Assembly (NCBI GenBank): GCA_964493265.1
Contig: CAZBLY010000001.1
Coordinates: 28,119 to 92,118, forward strand
Length of the DNA: 64,000 bases
Source: Candidatus Woesearchaeota archaeon
GTDB taxonomy: Archaea; Nanobdellota; Nanobdellia; Pacearchaeales; UBA284
Direction of reading: 5' to 3'
Position numbers and translations under genes: made by a program. Positions 1-9,950 of the stretch are shown piece after piece. Position 1 is the first letter of the stretch. Each line of letters starts with the position of its first letter. The notes beneath the pieces were generated by a model. The model was not told where the DNA came from. It made no database searches and saw nothing but the letters and a program-made list of their open reading frames with translations.

Positions 1-1902
1 CTTCAATGCAGGAGCATCATTAATACCATCGCCAGTAACAGCAACAATCTCCCCTTGTTCTTTAAGGATATTAATTATTCTTAATTTTTGTTCAGGGGTT
101 GTTCTTGCAAAAACCACAATATCTTTTATTTGTTTTTTAAGTTCATCATCACCCATATTATCTAGCTGAGAGCCAGTAATAGCCCTTCCATTAATATCTA
201 TCTGGCTAGCAACAGCTTTAGCAGTCAGAATAGAATCTCCTGTAATCATCTTAATTTTGATTCCTGCTTTCTTAGCTTGTCCAATCGCTCCTTTTACTTC
301 TTTTCTTGGGGCATCTAACATCCCTTGAAAACCAACAAAAATAAGGTCTGATTCAGCATCTTTTTGTATATATGATTTCTTTTTATCAAGTTTTTTATAA
401 GCAAAAGCTAAAACACGCAATCCTTGAGAAGCCATTTCTTCATAAACACTAATAAGTTCTTTTCTTCTACTATTTATTAATCTTAAATCAGAATTTCCAA
501 TAAACTCTCTGGTACATTTTCCAAGAACAACATCTGGAGCGCCTTTTACATAACTAATAAAATTAGAATTTCCAGAACCTCCAGAATCTCTAATTATTGA
601 CATCATTTTTCTTGTAGAAGTAAATGCAAATTCCTCTATTCTTTGATTTTGTTCGGTCAGGGTTTTTTTATCAAATCCAAAATCAGAGGAAATTTTAAGA
701 ATAGCCTCCTCTGTTGGATCGCCAATAATATTTTCTTTCTCATTTATTTTTTCAATCCGGGCATTATTACATAAACAATTAATTTTAAAAAGAAGTCTTA
801 ATGCTTTATTTTTAATTTTTCCTTTAATTAAATTTTTAGTTTTGATTACTTTATTATCAAAATATAAATCAGTTACTTTCATTTTTTCTTCTGTTATTGT
901 TCCTGTCTTATCTGTACATATCACTGTAACTCTGCCAAGCGTTTCAGCTGATGGAAGAGTTCTTATCAAACTATTAGATTTATACATTCTTTGAACAGCA
1001 AAGGCTAAACATATTGTAATAACAGCAGGCAAACCCTCAGGAACTGCAGCAACTGCTAAACTAATTGAAGTTAAGAAAATTTGAAGTTTATCCATTCCAA
1101 AAGATAAACCAAGAATAATAATAAGAACAGCTATGCCAATTACAACAAAACTAAGATTTCGGGCAAAACTATCTAATTTAACCTGAAGTGGCGTTTTTTC
1201 TGTTCTTGTTTTTTGTACTAATCCGGCTATTTTTCCAAATTCACTATTCATTCCTGTTGCAACAACCAAAGCCCTGGCAGAACCTCTAACAACAGAAGTT
1301 CCTTTATATAACATATTAGCTCTGCCATAAATTTCTATTCCTCTATTTAAAATACTAGAATTTTTATTTACAGGAACACTCTCTCCAGTCAACACAGCTT
1401 CATTTGTTTGTAAATCATTGGTTTGAATAATACGGCAATCCGCAACAACCTTATCACCTTCATCAATAATAAGAATATCGCCAGGAACAACCTCTTTAGT
1501 ATTAATTTCTTTAAGAATACCAGAACGGATTACTTTAGTTTTAGTAACAAGCATTTTCCGTAAAGCAAGAATACTCCTTTCAGCCTTATAATTTTGAAAA
1601 AAACCTATTCCCGCATTCATTATTACAATTATAAGAATAATATACATATCAATCCAATGAGAAACTAATCCAGAAATTATTGCAGCAATAATAAGCAAGA
1701 TAACAAAAAAAGACTTGAACTGTTCAAATAAAATTTTCAGCGGTTCAAGACGGCGAATTCTTTTTATCTCGTTTTTACCATATTTTTTTAATCTTTCAAA
1801 AACTTGTTCATCATCCAAACCATTTACATCACTTTTCAATCTTTTGACAGCTTCTGTAGAACTTAAAGTATGCCAATAAATACTATCAACCCCTTTTTCC
1901 AT
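1..1902 (-). CDS. Cation-transporting P-type ATPase (P2A/Ca2+-type), 3' end runs off window
   Basis: Read manually from ATG at 1902 (MEKGVDSIYWH...); motifs LTGES, VPEGLP, CTDKTGT, KGAP, MITGD, TGDGYNDAPALK. Confidence 0.95.
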   Translation of the reverse strand, partial: MEKGVDSIYWHTLSSTEAVKRLKSDVNGLDDEQVFERLKKYGKNEIKRIRRLEPLKILFEQFKSFFVILLIIAAIISGLVSHWIDMYIILIIVIMNAGIGFFQNYKAERSILALRKMLVTKTKVIRSGILKEINTKEVVPGDILIIDEGDKVVADCRIIQTNDLQTNEAVLTGESVPVNKNSSILNRGIEIYGRANMLYKGTSVVRGSARALVVATGMNSEFGKIAGLVQKTRTEKTPLQVKLDSFARNLSFVVIGIAVLIIILGLSFGMDKLQIFLTSISLAVAAVPEGLPAVITICLAFAVQRMYKSNSLIRTLPSAETLGRVTVICTDKTGTITEEKMKVTDLYFDNKVIKTKNLIKGKIKNKALRLLFKINCLCNNARIEKINEKENIIGDPTEEAILKISSDFGFDKKTLTEQNQRIEEFAFTSTRKMMSIIRDSGGSGNSNFISYVKGAPDVVLGKCTREFIGNSDLRLINSRRKELISVYEEMASQGLRVLAFAYKKLDKKKSYIQKDAESDLIFVGFQGMLDAPRKEVKGAIGQAKKAGIKIKMITGDSILTAKAVASQIDINGRAITGSQLDNMGDDELKKQIKDIVVFARTTPEQKLRIINILKEQGEIVAVTGDGINDAPALK

Positions 1903-2008
1903 AAAAAATATAAGAAAAAGGATATTAAAAATTTAACTCAATGCAAATATTTTTATATTAATTTTTCTCTTTACTTGTATAAAAAGAGGTAAAAAGTAAG
2001 AACAGAAG

Positions 2009-3760
2009 ATGGTTGATTTTACAGAATTTATTTTAGGTTTTTCTCAAGGAATAACTTCTTTAAGAAATGCTCTGACCCAAGTTCCAGAAACGCAATCTAT
2101 AATTCTAAGTATAGGAATTATAATTATTATTGCAGCTATTCTTGCTTTGGTTCTCAAATTAATGAAACAAGAAATGATACCAGCTTACATTCTCGCGGGT
2201 ATAATTATTGGCCCTCTTGTTTTAGGTCTTATTACTAATAGTATCCTGATTTCTGCTTTAGCTGAAATTGGTATTGCTTTTTTACTTTTTGTAGCCGGTA
2301 TGGAAATTTCTTTACATAAATTAAAAGAAACATCTGTTGGTTCTATAATTTCAGGAATCTTTCAAATTATAATTATTGGTATGGCCACATTTTTTATTAT
2401 GATAAATATTGGCTTTGCAACATTAGAAGCTTTTTACCTTGCATTTATTGTTTGTTTTAGTTCAACCATTCTTGTAATCAAACTTTTTGCCGACAAATAT
2501 GAAATTAATACATTACATTCAAGAATAGCAATAAGTATTCTCTTGATTCAGGATATTGTCGCCATAATTGTTCTTGCTGTTTTGTCAGGAAAAATTACAC
2601 AATTTTTTATTTATCTTGCTATTATTAAAATTGCTTTGTTGTTATTGATTGCATTCTTTCTGAATTTAACAATTATAAAACCACTTTTTACTTTTGCTTC
2701 TAGATCAACTGAACTTTTATTTATTATCTCTCTAGCTTTTGTTTTTTTATTTTCTGCTATTAGTTATTTCTTAGGTCTTTCTATTATTATTGGAGCATTT
2801 GTTGGAGGTCTTGCTCTTGCAAACATACATTACAAAACAGAAATTGTATCAAAAATCAGACCATTAAGAGACTTTTTTGCAATTATCTTTTTTGTCTCAC
2901 TAGGAATGTTGCTTACATCATTTAATATAATAAAATTAATTGTTCCATTCTTAATACTTTTAGGACTTGTTTTAATTGCTAAACCTTTTATAACTGCTTT
3001 TTTTATAAGATTGGCAGGTTATAAACCAAGAACGTGTGCCCTAACAGGTTTTAGTCTAGCCCAAATTTCTGAATTCTCATTAATTCTAGCTTTACAAGGG
3101 TTGATTTTAGGAGTTCTTGCTCAGGAAACTTTTAATCTTATTGTACTTATAGCTATAATCAGTATGGCCCTAACACCCTATCTTATTCGTGGAAGTACAA
3201 CAATCTATTCAAAATCTATTGGTCTAATCAAAATTATTGAAAAACTTCCAACAAACAAGGAAAAAACAAAATATAAATTCCAACAAAGAAAAACTATCCT
3301 CTTAGTTGGATGTCATAGAATGGGTACTGTCTTTATTAAAAAACTTCAAAAATATGGGCGCAGAATACTTGCTGTAGATTTTGATCCAGAAATAATTAAA
3401 GCTCTTGAAAGAAAAAATATTTCAGCAGTATATGGAGATATTTCAAACACAGAAATTTTCAATCACCTTCCTTTAGCAAAACTTAAAGTTATTATCTCAA
3501 CTATTCCAAAAAGAGAAGATAATCTTCTTATAATAAATTATTTTAAAAAACTACTTCCAAAAGTTTTTATTGTAGCAACAGCCCAAAGAATTGATGATGC
3601 TCTTGAAATGTATAAAGCAGGAGCAAATTATGTCATAACTCCTTTCATTGTAACTGCAGAACATGCTATTGAAAATATTCTTAAACTTAATAAATGGCAG
3701 TTTAAAAAACTAAAAAAAGAACAAATAAGATATCTCAAAGATTTAAGTAAGACTTTTTAA
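2009..3760 (+). CDS. Kef-type cation:proton antiporter with C-terminal TrkA-N/RCK domain
   Basis: Many TM helices, LLIQD and FFVSLG motifs, C-terminal LVGCHRMG..VYGD Rossmann-like domain. Confidence 0.9.
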   Translation: MVDFTEFILGFSQGITSLRNALTQVPETQSIILSIGIIIIIAAILALVLKLMKQEMIPAYILAGIIIGPLVLGLITNSILISALAEIGIAFLLFVAGMEISLHKLKETSVGSIISGIFQIIIIGMATFFIMINIGFATLEAFYLAFIVCFSSTILVIKLFADKYEINTLHSRIAISILLIQDIVAIIVLAVLSGKITQFFIYLAIIKIALLLLIAFFLNLTIIKPLFTFASRSTELLFIISLAFVFLFSAISYFLGLSIIIGAFVGGLALANIHYKTEIVSKIRPLRDFFAIIFFVSLGMLLTSFNIIKLIVPFLILLGLVLIAKPFITAFFIRLAGYKPRTCALTGFSLAQISEFSLILALQGLILGVLAQETFNLIVLIAIISMALTPYLIRGSTTIYSKSIGLIKIIEKLPTNKEKTKYKFQQRKTILLVGCHRMGTVFIKKLQKYGRRILAVDFDPEIIKALERKNISAVYGDISNTEIFNHLPLAKLKVIISTIPKREDNLLIINYFKKLLPKVFIVATAQRIDDALEMYKAGANYVITPFIVTAEHAIENILKLNKWQFKKLKKEQIRYLKDLSKTF

Positions 3761-5064
3761 GTTTTTATTTTTTTTATTCCCATCTCTTTCAATTGATTCT
3801 TAGAAATTATCTTAATAAGTTGCTTAACACTAGATATCTTTCTTTTTGTTTTAACATAAAGTCTTCCTTTCTTTACAAAAGCCCTGTGCCATTTTTTCTT
3901 AAAAGCCTCAACATATTTTGGCTGGATATTAATAGGTGGTCCTGCAATAATATAAGTTTTTGCTGGTTCTCTTAAAATAAAATAAAATTTTGCTTCCAAG
4001 GTCTCCTCAGAAAAAACAAAAAATCCTTTAAGGACTTTAAATCCATTTTTCTTTAAAAAGAAGAATAGAAATTCATAAAGTTTCTTTAATTTAGCTCCTG
4101 CAATATCAATTTTATTTTTTGTGCTAAGAGCCTTAATAGATACAAATTCAGCATTAAGTTTCTTTGCATCTCTTTTTAGTTTATCCAAATTTAATTTTTC
4201 TTTAAAGAAAAATTTTTCACTTGGCTTCTTTAAGAAAGAATTGCATGCCCCAATAAATCTTTCAAAAATTTTATAACTCAATGCTGCCGCTACATTTCTT
4301 TCTTTTTGAACAGGATCAACAATAATAATAGGGGAATGTAATTTTGATTCATTAATTTTTTCTAGGACTTCATTTCTATTTTTGTAAAGTTTTGACGGAT
4401 CAATAACAATTTTTTTTTCTAATCTTGTTGGTAACTTCCAGTTTGCAGCTGTATTAATAAATTTAGCAAGAGAACCATAATGACTTACTAAAATTTCAAG
4501 ACTATATCCAGAAAATCCTTTAATATAACTTTCTGCACCATAACAATCCTGAGCATAACAAAAAGCTTTAGCTAATCTAATTTCATTGCTCAACTTTTTA
4601 TTCTTTTTTATCTTTTTTAAAATATAAATAACATGTAAAGGTGAAATATCTGTAATATTAAGGGCTTGAGAAGTTTTCTTAATATTCAAAATAGGAATTA
4701 ATTCTATATTTAAACCTTTAAAATTAATTTGAAAATAATCTCTAGAGCCTTTTAATTTAACAAATTTTAATTTAGCTGCTTTGAGAATCTGCTCAAGGAA
4801 TTTTGATAATTTTTTATTTTTTATTTTATATTTTGTATAAGAAAACATTATGAAAATATCTATATCATAACCTATATCCCGCTTTACAAGAGTTTTTTTT
4901 GCAAAACTTCCCCCAATAAAAAGTTTGGCTCCTTTTTTCTTTAGTTTAGGTTTTAATTTTTTTTCAAATTCAATAAGGGTTTTATCTAAGAAAAGTTTTT
5001 CTTTTTCTGCTGGAATAATTTTTTTACCTACATTTGTTAAAATTTGATTTATTTGGGTTTTCAT
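3757..5064 (-). CDS. cca: Archaeal CCA-adding enzyme
   Basis: GGSFAK..DIDIF nucleotidyltransferase motif, YGAESYIKGFSGY, DPVQKERNVAAALS. Confidence 0.93.
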   Translation of the reverse strand: MKTQINQILTNVGKKIIPAEKEKLFLDKTLIEFEKKLKPKLKKKGAKLFIGGSFAKKTLVKRDIGYDIDIFIMFSYTKYKIKNKKLSKFLEQILKAAKLKFVKLKGSRDYFQINFKGLNIELIPILNIKKTSQALNITDISPLHVIYILKKIKKNKKLSNEIRLAKAFCYAQDCYGAESYIKGFSGYSLEILVSHYGSLAKFINTAANWKLPTRLEKKIVIDPSKLYKNRNEVLEKINESKLHSPIIIVDPVQKERNVAAALSYKIFERFIGACNSFLKKPSEKFFFKEKLNLDKLKRDAKKLNAEFVSIKALSTKNKIDIAGAKLKKLYEFLFFFLKKNGFKVLKGFFVFSEETLEAKFYFILREPAKTYIIAGPPINIQPKYVEAFKKKWHRAFVKKGRLYVKTKRKISSVKQLIKIISKNQLKEMGIKKIKT

Positions 5065-5115
5065 TTTAATCCTCTTTTCATCAATATAAAAAGAAAAAGT
5101 GACTTAAAAATTTAA

Positions 5116-6633
5116 TCATTTAATAATTATTGGTTTAATTCTTTCAGCAAGATTTTTTGCATTATTAAGTTTTCGCTGTGTTTCAGCATAAATAGTAAGG
5201 ATTTTTTCATTTCTTTTAACTTTATCATTCAAATGTTTATATAAAAGAATTCCAGCCCCATGATCTGTTGGAGAACCTGCAATTCTAGCTATTGAAGATA
5301 TTTTTTTATTACTTATTTCAACAAGTATGCCCGGGTTTTTTGCCCTGATTTCTTCTTTAAATTTACCTGGTTTTAATTTATCTTTTAAATTTAATAAGTT
5401 CCCTTTCTGGGCTTTAATTATTTGCTCAAATTTTTTAAATGCTTGGCCAGACATAAGAATTCCTTTACATATTATTTCTGCTTCTTGTCTTTTAATTTTT
5501 TTTACAAAAGAAAGAAGTTCAGATGCAAGAAAAAGAGATCTATTTTCAAGGTCTATAGGGCGATCTTTTTCTTGTTTTAATATATCTATAACATCTTTCA
5601 TCTCTAAAATTGTGCCAACACCTTTTCCAAGAGGCTGAGAACCGTCTGTTAAAGTAACTATAATATTCAAATTTAATTTTAATGCTACTTTTTCAAATTT
5701 TTTCTTTAATTTAATGGCATTATTTTTGTTTTTAATTTTAGCGCCAGGACCGTATGAAATATCTATAAGAACGTGGGTTGCATTAACAGAAAGTTTTTTT
5801 GACAAAATCGAAGCAATGAGCTGCGCTTCTGGGTCTAATGAAAGAATTCTTTCTACTTGTATAATTTTATCATCTGCCGGAGCCAACCCTAATGAACCTC
5901 CCCAGACAAGACAAGCATTTGTTTTTTTAATAATCTTTTTCATCTCTTGAACTGAAAATTCAACCTTAGTTATAGTTTCTATTACATCTGCTGTTCCTGC
6001 TGCGCTTGTTATTGCCCTAGATGATGTTTTTGGAATAACTGCTTTCATTTTAAGTTGATCAATAGCTGAAGCGAGAATACTTACAACAATTGGGGTGGTT
6101 CTATTTCCTTCAATTCCCCCTATACTATGTTTATCCATAACAATAGGTTTATCAAATTTAAGTTGATAACCAGTTTTAACCATTGCCTTAGTCATATTAG
6201 TTATTTCATCAATATTCATACCATTAAAATAAACAGAAGAAACAAAAAAAGCCACTTCAACTTCAGTAATTTCATTATTAACTATATCAGAAACAATTGA
6301 ATAAATTTCTGTAAATGTAAGAGCTTGATTTTTTAATTTTTTAAGGATGTAAGAAACACTTATTGGCTTAAAAGTTGGATTAATTTCCACTATTTCATTA
6401 CTTCTTAGATTTAGGTCTTTAATAATTTCTTGAGAAAGAGCTATTTCGCACTTATTAAGAATAGTCTTGCCACCTGTAAGATTTGTAGGGGCAATTATTT
6501 CCTTTTTTTTCCTATATCTTTTTATTTTAATTCGTTCTCCCACATGTAAATTAAGATAGTGAGCAGTTTCTTCATGCAAAATAGCTATAGGACGGCCCGC
6601 AAGCAAACGTAAAGCTTTAACTTTTAATAACAT
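5116..6633 (-). CDS. AMP phosphorylase (thymidine phosphorylase family)
   Basis: DKHSIGG, PKTSSRAITSAAGTAD, LAPADD, N-terminal extra domain. Confidence 0.92.
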   Translation of the reverse strand: MLLKVKALRLLAGRPIAILHEETAHYLNLHVGERIKIKRYRKKKEIIAPTNLTGGKTILNKCEIALSQEIIKDLNLRSNEIVEINPTFKPISVSYILKKLKNQALTFTEIYSIVSDIVNNEITEVEVAFFVSSVYFNGMNIDEITNMTKAMVKTGYQLKFDKPIVMDKHSIGGIEGNRTTPIVVSILASAIDQLKMKAVIPKTSSRAITSAAGTADVIETITKVEFSVQEMKKIIKKTNACLVWGGSLGLAPADDKIIQVERILSLDPEAQLIASILSKKLSVNATHVLIDISYGPGAKIKNKNNAIKLKKKFEKVALKLNLNIIVTLTDGSQPLGKGVGTILEMKDVIDILKQEKDRPIDLENRSLFLASELLSFVKKIKRQEAEIICKGILMSGQAFKKFEQIIKAQKGNLLNLKDKLKPGKFKEEIRAKNPGILVEISNKKISSIARIAGSPTDHGAGILLYKHLNDKVKRNEKILTIYAETQRKLNNAKNLAERIKPIIIK

Positions 6634-6740
6634 CTTTAATTTTGATTTTTACCTCTTTTTATCTCAGTCTTTTTCTTATTTCTTACTTATTACTTCTATT
6701 TCTTATTTACTTTTAATCTCTATTTTTTCTTTTTTAAAAA

Positions 6741-7898
6741 TTAAAAAGCAAATTTTATTTTTCCTATCCTATAAAGTTCTACAAAAATTAATAGATATTC
6801 TAAAATAATTGGTCCAATAATTAAGCCAACAGGACCTAATAAAATAAGACCGCCCAACATCCCTATTAAAACAATCAGGGCATTAATTTTTGCTTTTTTA
6901 CCAACTACGAAAGGCCTTATAATATCATCAATAATTCCAACCACAATAAGACCAAAAATCATTAATAAAACACCATTTAAAACATCACCAGCAGCAATCA
7001 TAGCCAAAGCAACTGGAAACCAAACAAGCCATGAACCAACAAAAGGCAAAATTGAAAGAAGAATAGCTAAAATTGTAAAGAACAATGGTGATGGGGCTTT
7101 AAAAATATAGAAACCAATACCCGCAACAATACCTTGAAGAATCCCTATTATAATCTGGCCATAAATTGTAGCGTGGGCAACTTCTCTAGATCTTTTAATA
7201 AATTTTTCATTGACTTCGCGACTAAAAGGCAACATTTCATAAATAAATTTAGTAACATTATCTCCTTCTTTTAAAAAGTAAAACATGACAAAGAATGTAA
7301 TAAAAAATTGTATAAATAACTGTGGTACATTTGTCAAAATTTTTCCAAGTTGATTCATAAAACTATTTGTTAAAGATATTAGAGCTTGTTGTAATGAGGT
7401 TGTTATTTGTCTAGTAAGCTCAGGAGAATCAGGAAATACCCTAACCAAGATAGTATTTATAAGATTAAAAATATCAAGTTTTTGAATTGATACAAAAAGA
7501 TTAAATGCTTCCTTAATTGCAATTTGAGCTATTAAAAATAATCCAACCACAATAATTAAAATAACCACCAAACAAACAATTGCAGAACTTATTGTTGGTT
7601 TTTTAATCAATTTATTTAATTTTTTATAAGGTTTAGAAAATATAAAGGCAAGAATCAAACCAAAAAGCAATGCTCCTAAATAAGGTTTGATTATAAGAAA
7701 AGATAATATAACAAGAACAGAAGCTATAATTATTGCTATAACTCTCCTTGATATTCTTTTTTCACCAACACCCACGCTAGTAATTGTACTTTTTTTTAGA
7801 TTCTCTGTTTTCTTCTTTTTCTTTGTTTTTTTCATTTTTTTCTTAGTTTTTTCTTTTTTTCTCTTAGATTTCTTTCTAGTTTTCCTCTTTTTTAGCAT
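6741..7898 (-). CDS. AI-2E family transporter with Lys-rich N-terminus
   Basis: YFLKEG, LPFVGS, DDIIRP, GLIIGP motifs; multi-TM. Confidence 0.88.
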   Translation of the reverse strand: MLKKRKTRKKSKRKKEKTKKKMKKTKKKKKTENLKKSTITSVGVGEKRISRRVIAIIIASVLVILSFLIIKPYLGALLFGLILAFIFSKPYKKLNKLIKKPTISSAIVCLVVILIIVVGLFLIAQIAIKEAFNLFVSIQKLDIFNLINTILVRVFPDSPELTRQITTSLQQALISLTNSFMNQLGKILTNVPQLFIQFFITFFVMFYFLKEGDNVTKFIYEMLPFSREVNEKFIKRSREVAHATIYGQIIIGILQGIVAGIGFYIFKAPSPLFFTILAILLSILPFVGSWLVWFPVALAMIAAGDVLNGVLLMIFGLIVVGIIDDIIRPFVVGKKAKINALIVLIGMLGGLILLGPVGLIIGPIILEYLLIFVELYRIGKIKFAF

Positions 7899-8039
7899 AT
7901 AAATCTAAAGCCAAGAACTTTTATAAACTTTTTTAAATCAAAAACTCTTGAACCTAAATTTGTTATAAAAACTAATAAAATACAAAAATAATAAAAAAAG
8001 AAAAAATTGTACCCAATATTTAATTATACGTTTGTAAAA

Positions 8040-8249
8040 TTAAAATTTTCTTCTCTTTCTGAAGCATTCTTTACAATAAACTGGCTTGCCTTTAGTTGGT
8101 TTGAATGGAACTTCACATTCTTTACCGCATTCAGAGCAAGTTGCTTTATGCATTTCTTGTGGTCCAGAATTAGAATTATCCCGAAAACCACCTCTATTAA
8201 ATTTTCTAGGACCTCCTCTAGTAGGGCCGCGTTTATTAAATCTTTTCAT
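8040..8249 (-). CDS. CxxC-x17-CxxC zinc-ribbon protein
   Basis: MHKATCSECGKECEVPFKP..PVYCKECF after an RG-rich N-terminus. Confidence 0.9.
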   Translation of the reverse strand: MKRFNKRGPTRGGPRKFNRGGFRDNSNSGPQEMHKATCSECGKECEVPFKPTKGKPVYCKECFRKRRKF

Positions 8250-8432
8250 AGTTTTTCCTCGTGATTAACACAAAAACTTTTTAAGTTTATTCTGTGTTGT
8301 AAATTCAAAATATCATGAAGCTTATAAACCTTTTCTTTTTATTAAGATTTATAATTAAATTAAAGGTAAATTAAATATAATTTTTACAAGTCGGCGATAA
8401 AATTATATAGTTATTTATTCTTTTAAATAAAA

Positions 8433-9326
8433 ATGAGAAAACCAATAGTTGCTGGACAATTTTATGCAGCAACAAAAGAAAATTTAAAGAAAGAGATTGA
8501 ATCTTCTTTTAGACATAGATTAGGGCCAGACATGCCAAAAGTTCCATTAAAAGAAAAAAAGATTTTTGGCTGTGTTGTTCCACATGCTGGTTATCTTTAT
8601 AGCGGACCATGCGCATCTTGGGCATACAAAATTTTAGCAGAATTAAATAAAAAAAATTTTCCAGATACTTTCATTTTACTTGGACCAAACCATAGTGGTC
8701 AAGGAAATGCCTTATTTTCAATTAGTTTTGATGATTTTGAAACTCCATTAGGGGTAGTGAAAAATGATACAAAATTTGGAGCAAAATTAATTGAAGAGAC
8801 CTCTTTTTTAGGATTACAAGAAGACAGGGCAGCTCATCAAAATGAACATAGTCTTGAAGTTCAAATCCCTTTTTTACAATATCTTTCTAGAATGGTAAAA
8901 AAGGAAATAAAAATTGTTCCTATTATCATTTCAACTCTTGAATATGATAAATGTTTAGCTTTAGGGAAAAAAATTGCAAAAATTGCTAAAGAACTCAATA
9001 ATAATGTCTTTATAATAGCAAGTAGTGATTTCACCCATTATGGTAGAAATTATGGTTTCTTGCCTTTTCCAACAAGCGAGGCAAGAATAAGACTCAAAGA
9101 ATTAGACAGAGAATCAATTAATTATATTTTAAAACTAGATAGCAAGAATTTTTATAATAAAGCAATAAAAACAACTATTTGTGGAACTTCTGCAATAGTT
9201 ATAGCAATTGAAGCATGCAAAGTTCTTGGATCAACAAAAGCATCTCTCCTTAAATATTATACGAGTGCAGAGATTTCAAAAGACTACACAAATGCTGTTG
9301 GATATGCCAGCATTATATTTGAATAA
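8433..9326 (+). CDS. MEMO1 family protein (AmmeMemoRadiSam protein B)
   Basis: AGQFY, PHAGYLYSG, GPNH, EHSLEVQ, SSDFTHYG, VGYAS. Confidence 0.93.
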   Translation: MRKPIVAGQFYAATKENLKKEIESSFRHRLGPDMPKVPLKEKKIFGCVVPHAGYLYSGPCASWAYKILAELNKKNFPDTFILLGPNHSGQGNALFSISFDDFETPLGVVKNDTKFGAKLIEETSFLGLQEDRAAHQNEHSLEVQIPFLQYLSRMVKKEIKIVPIIISTLEYDKCLALGKKIAKIAKELNNNVFIIASSDFTHYGRNYGFLPFPTSEARIRLKELDRESINYILKLDSKNFYNKAIKTTICGTSAIVIAIEACKVLGSTKASLLKYYTSAEISKDYTNAVGYASIIFE

Positions 9327-9338
9327 TTATATTAATAT

Positions 9339-9377
9339 TGTCACTCATTCGTAGTCACAAACAGAAAGCTTTATAAA
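9339..9377 (+). promoter_or_regulatory. Palindromic operator TGTCACT-N7-AGTCACA, 10 bp gap, TATA box TTTATAAA
   Basis: Same motif and spacing recur at 28485 and 60944(-). Confidence 0.65.
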
Positions 9378-9418
9378 TACGGTTTCTATTAATTATATAT
9401 TAAAAGGAGACAATTAAA

Positions 9419-9856
9419 ATGATAAAAAATTTAATAGAAAATAAAGGGGCAAAAACTTTTGGTACTCTTAGTCTAATTGCTTTTTTACTTGGTTTAGGTT
9501 GCTCTCAAAGAGCAGATTTTGAAAAAGCTTGTAAAAAACATCAACCATTAAAAACAAAAGTACAAGCTCCTGCTATTCCTGGTCCTATAAGAGAAGGAGA
9601 TAGTTCTTATGTTGATCCTTATTTAGATAAAAGTTTTCCAGGAGACACTCTTGAATTTCCAAATGGCAAATATTTAGTTTTAGGAAAAGGAACACATCCA
9701 CACTATTGGTCTGGTGATAAAGTAATTGATGGCGGAAAAGTTGATGGAAAATATTATGATTCTAAAGGAAATTATATTGGACCAGTAAATGCTACTTTCT
9801 ATGGTGTTGATTTTAGTCAATCAGATATAGAAAGTTTAGCTAACAATTCAAAATAA
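9419..9856 (+). CDS. Hypothetical secreted/lipoprotein-like orphan
   Basis: Hydrophobic N-terminal stretch ending LGLGC (lipobox-like); own TATA promoter and AGGAG SD. Confidence 0.7.
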   Translation: MIKNLIENKGAKTFGTLSLIAFLLGLGCSQRADFEKACKKHQPLKTKVQAPAIPGPIREGDSSYVDPYLDKSFPGDTLEFPNGKYLVLGKGTHPHYWSGDKVIDGGKVDGKYYDSKGNYIGPVNATFYGVDFSQSDIESLANNSK

Positions 9857-9950
9857 ATTTTTTCTTTTTTCCTTATTTTCTTTTCATAGTAACCTTTTTT
9901 AATTGTTTTAAACTATTCATAATAATATCAAAATAAAAAACACCAAAAAA

